A model generated the notes under the pieces. It did not search any database. It was not told the origin of the DNA and was given only the letters and a program-made list of their open reading frames with translations. From Nitrospirota bacterium (GTDB lineage: Bacteria; Nitrospirota; Thermodesulfovibrionia; SZUA-242), in assembly GCA_003235715.1 (NCBI GenBank), contig QJVM01000236.1:1-53174 (forward strand): DNA of 53,174 nt, written 5' to 3'. The stretch's first letter is position 1. Each line of letters opens with the position of its first letter. Both the position numbers and the translations under genes were made by a program. Positions 51,592-53,174 of the stretch are shown piece after piece.

Positions 51592-53118
51592 CTACGAATG
51601 GCCGGGAAGCGGCTTCGGCTCATTGTCCATTCGATAGATCTGGATGAGTTCGATCATCTGTCTGATCTTGGCGGGCCGATACGGTTTGTGGAAGATACGG
51701 TCGTAGAGGCCCCGTTCCTTCACGCTGCCTCCGCCCGTCGAGCATACGAGATAGGTTCCGGGATACCGGCTCCGGATTTCGCGAGCCACGTCGTGGCCGG
51801 ACCCCCCGGGAATCTGGACGTCGACAAAACAGACGTCCGGGAACACTTCGCTGGAGGCCATGAATTCCATGATCTCCCCGAAGGTGGAAAACACATGAAG
51901 CCTGGACGCAGAGCTCGAAGGAATGCTCTGGCGAAAGAGATTCTGCATGGGCAGGTCATCCTCAAGGATGAAGACATTGAGATTCCGGTTCCTTCGTTCA
52001 ATCTCATGGAGAAGACTGTTCTGGTGAATTGAGGTGAATTCCCCGTAGTGGTCCAGGAAGGTTCCAAGAAGTTCAGGGTCAAAATAGTCTTGTGGGGCGA
52101 GCCTTTCATCCCCATGGGTCATGATCTCGTAAGCGTCTGCATAGGTAAAGGCTTCCTTGTAGCTCCGCGGGGTAATCAGGGCGTCAAAGACATCGGCAAT
52201 GGCCGCCACCCGGGCGGCAAAGGGGATCTCGGTCCCTCTCAACCGGTCCGGATAGCCGGTGCCGTCCCATCGTTCATGGTGATGGAGGGCCACCTGCCAG
52301 GCAATGGACAGGTCCGGTGTGTTTCCGATAATAATGCTGCCGTACACCGAATGTTCCTGCACGCGGCCGAATTCCTCGGCGGTCAGGGGGCCCCTCTTGT
52401 TCAGGATTTCGAAGGGGACGTGTATCTTGCCCACATCATGAAGCTGCGCCTGCTGCCTGAGGACGCTCGTGTAGTGCTCCTCGGCTCCAACCAGTTCGGC
52501 CAGTCGGACGCAGTAATCGCCTATCCGCTGGATATGGTCGCCGGTCCGGGCATCGAAAACCTCGGCGGCCCGGGCCAGAGCCCCCACGGACTGGTGCACG
52601 AGGGCTTCCATCTTCTGACGCACGACCTCGGTTTCGGTTATATCCTGGATCGTTCCGATCAAAAGCAAAGGGGTCCCGGACGCGTTCCGGGTGACCTCGG
52701 CCTGTTGACGAACGAACCGGATAGTCTGGTCGGGCAGGAGTATCCGGTGTTCTATTGAACAGGACCCCTCGTGATTCAAGGCGGCATCCAGAACCCGACG
52801 GACCGATTCCCGGTCCGCCGGGTGAACGCACCCCATAAACTCGCGGTAACCGGCCTTGAAGGTCTTTCGGTCCAGGCCGAGGATGCGGAACGTTTCGTCA
52901 GACCATTCCACTCTGCCGGAGGGCACCTCCCAATCCCAGCTTTCGATACGGGCAATCCGCTGGATTTCAGCCAGCCTGTTTTCGATGGATCTCATTCTGG
53001 TAGGCCCCGGGGCTGGCTTCTTATCGACCTGTCTCCGCGTGCTCTTCAGTGATTCAAGTAATGGACGGACGGACCGATGAAGAGGCCAATATGAGCACAA
53101 TGGGCTCAGCGGAGACAT
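51592..53118 (-). CDS. PAS - HD-GYP phosphodiesterase - C-terminal REC
   Basis: PAS (WSDE..RI.G, HP.D), HDVGK, HHERWDGTGYP, DVFDAL...R.YK, REC motifs EDD/FVD/KP; alternative start 52995. Confidence 0.88.
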   Translation of the reverse strand: MSPLSPLCSYWPLHRSVRPLLESLKSTRRQVDKKPAPGPTRMRSIENRLAEIQRIARIESWDWEVPSGRVEWSDETFRILGLDRKTFKAGYREFMGCVHPADRESVRRVLDAALNHEGSCSIEHRILLPDQTIRFVRQQAEVTRNASGTPLLLIGTIQDITETEVVRQKMEALVHQSVGALARAAEVFDARTGDHIQRIGDYCVRLAELVGAEEHYTSVLRQQAQLHDVGKIHVPFEILNKRGPLTAEEFGRVQEHSVYGSIIIGNTPDLSIAWQVALHHHERWDGTGYPDRLRGTEIPFAARVAAIADVFDALITPRSYKEAFTYADAYEIMTHGDERLAPQDYFDPELLGTFLDHYGEFTSIHQNSLLHEIERRNRNLNVFILEDDLPMQNLFRQSIPSSSASRLHVFSTFGEIMEFMASSEVFPDVCFVDVQIPGGSGHDVAREIRSRYPGTYLVCSTGGGSVKERGLYDRIFHKPYRPAKIRQMIELIQIYRMDNEPKPLPGHS

Positions 53119-53174
53119 GCTCTTCCGGGTTGGCGGGAGAGCGGGCCGGACGCAAGTGAGGGGCGGGACCCGGC

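Overview
This is a ~60% GC, gene-dense bacterial core-genome segment with no rRNA, tRNA, CRISPR array or mobile element that I can see. Gene content suggests an anaerobe or microaerophile; Nitrospirota/Thermodesulfovibrionia or Desulfobacterota-like is an inference only. From left to right: (1) a leftward DUF4175 / TPR-zincin / MoxR / DUF58 module; (2) an ahbD-like radical SAM gene with hemE and hemY; (3) a cyclophilin, a zinc-ribbon membrane protein, and bioB-bioW-bioF-SDR-bioD-VanZ; (4) a REC-PAS protein; (5) a stand-alone acetyl-CoA synthase acsB with its own candidate promoter and terminator; (6) ilvC-psd-pssA-leuA-leuC-leuD plus a small Cys-rich ORF; (7) a DUF4388 gene; (8) hom-tusA-moeB-JAB-thrC-like-moaD-NIL-apgM-ask-cimA; (9) rseC, a divergent EF-G paralogue and an FAD oxidoreductase; (10) a cupredoxin and a 4-His membrane protein; (11) a leftward cbb3 oxidase operon with rearranged CcoO/CcoP and assembly genes; (12) a GGDEF / HD-GYP pair. 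The most interesting system is the sulfur-carrier relay embedded in the aspartate pathway. It looks like a thiocarboxylate-dependent homocysteine route from O-phosphohomoserine, with a stand-alone NIL domain and an ApgM-type candidate homoserine kinase. All family assignments come from motif recognition by eye; no database searches were run.
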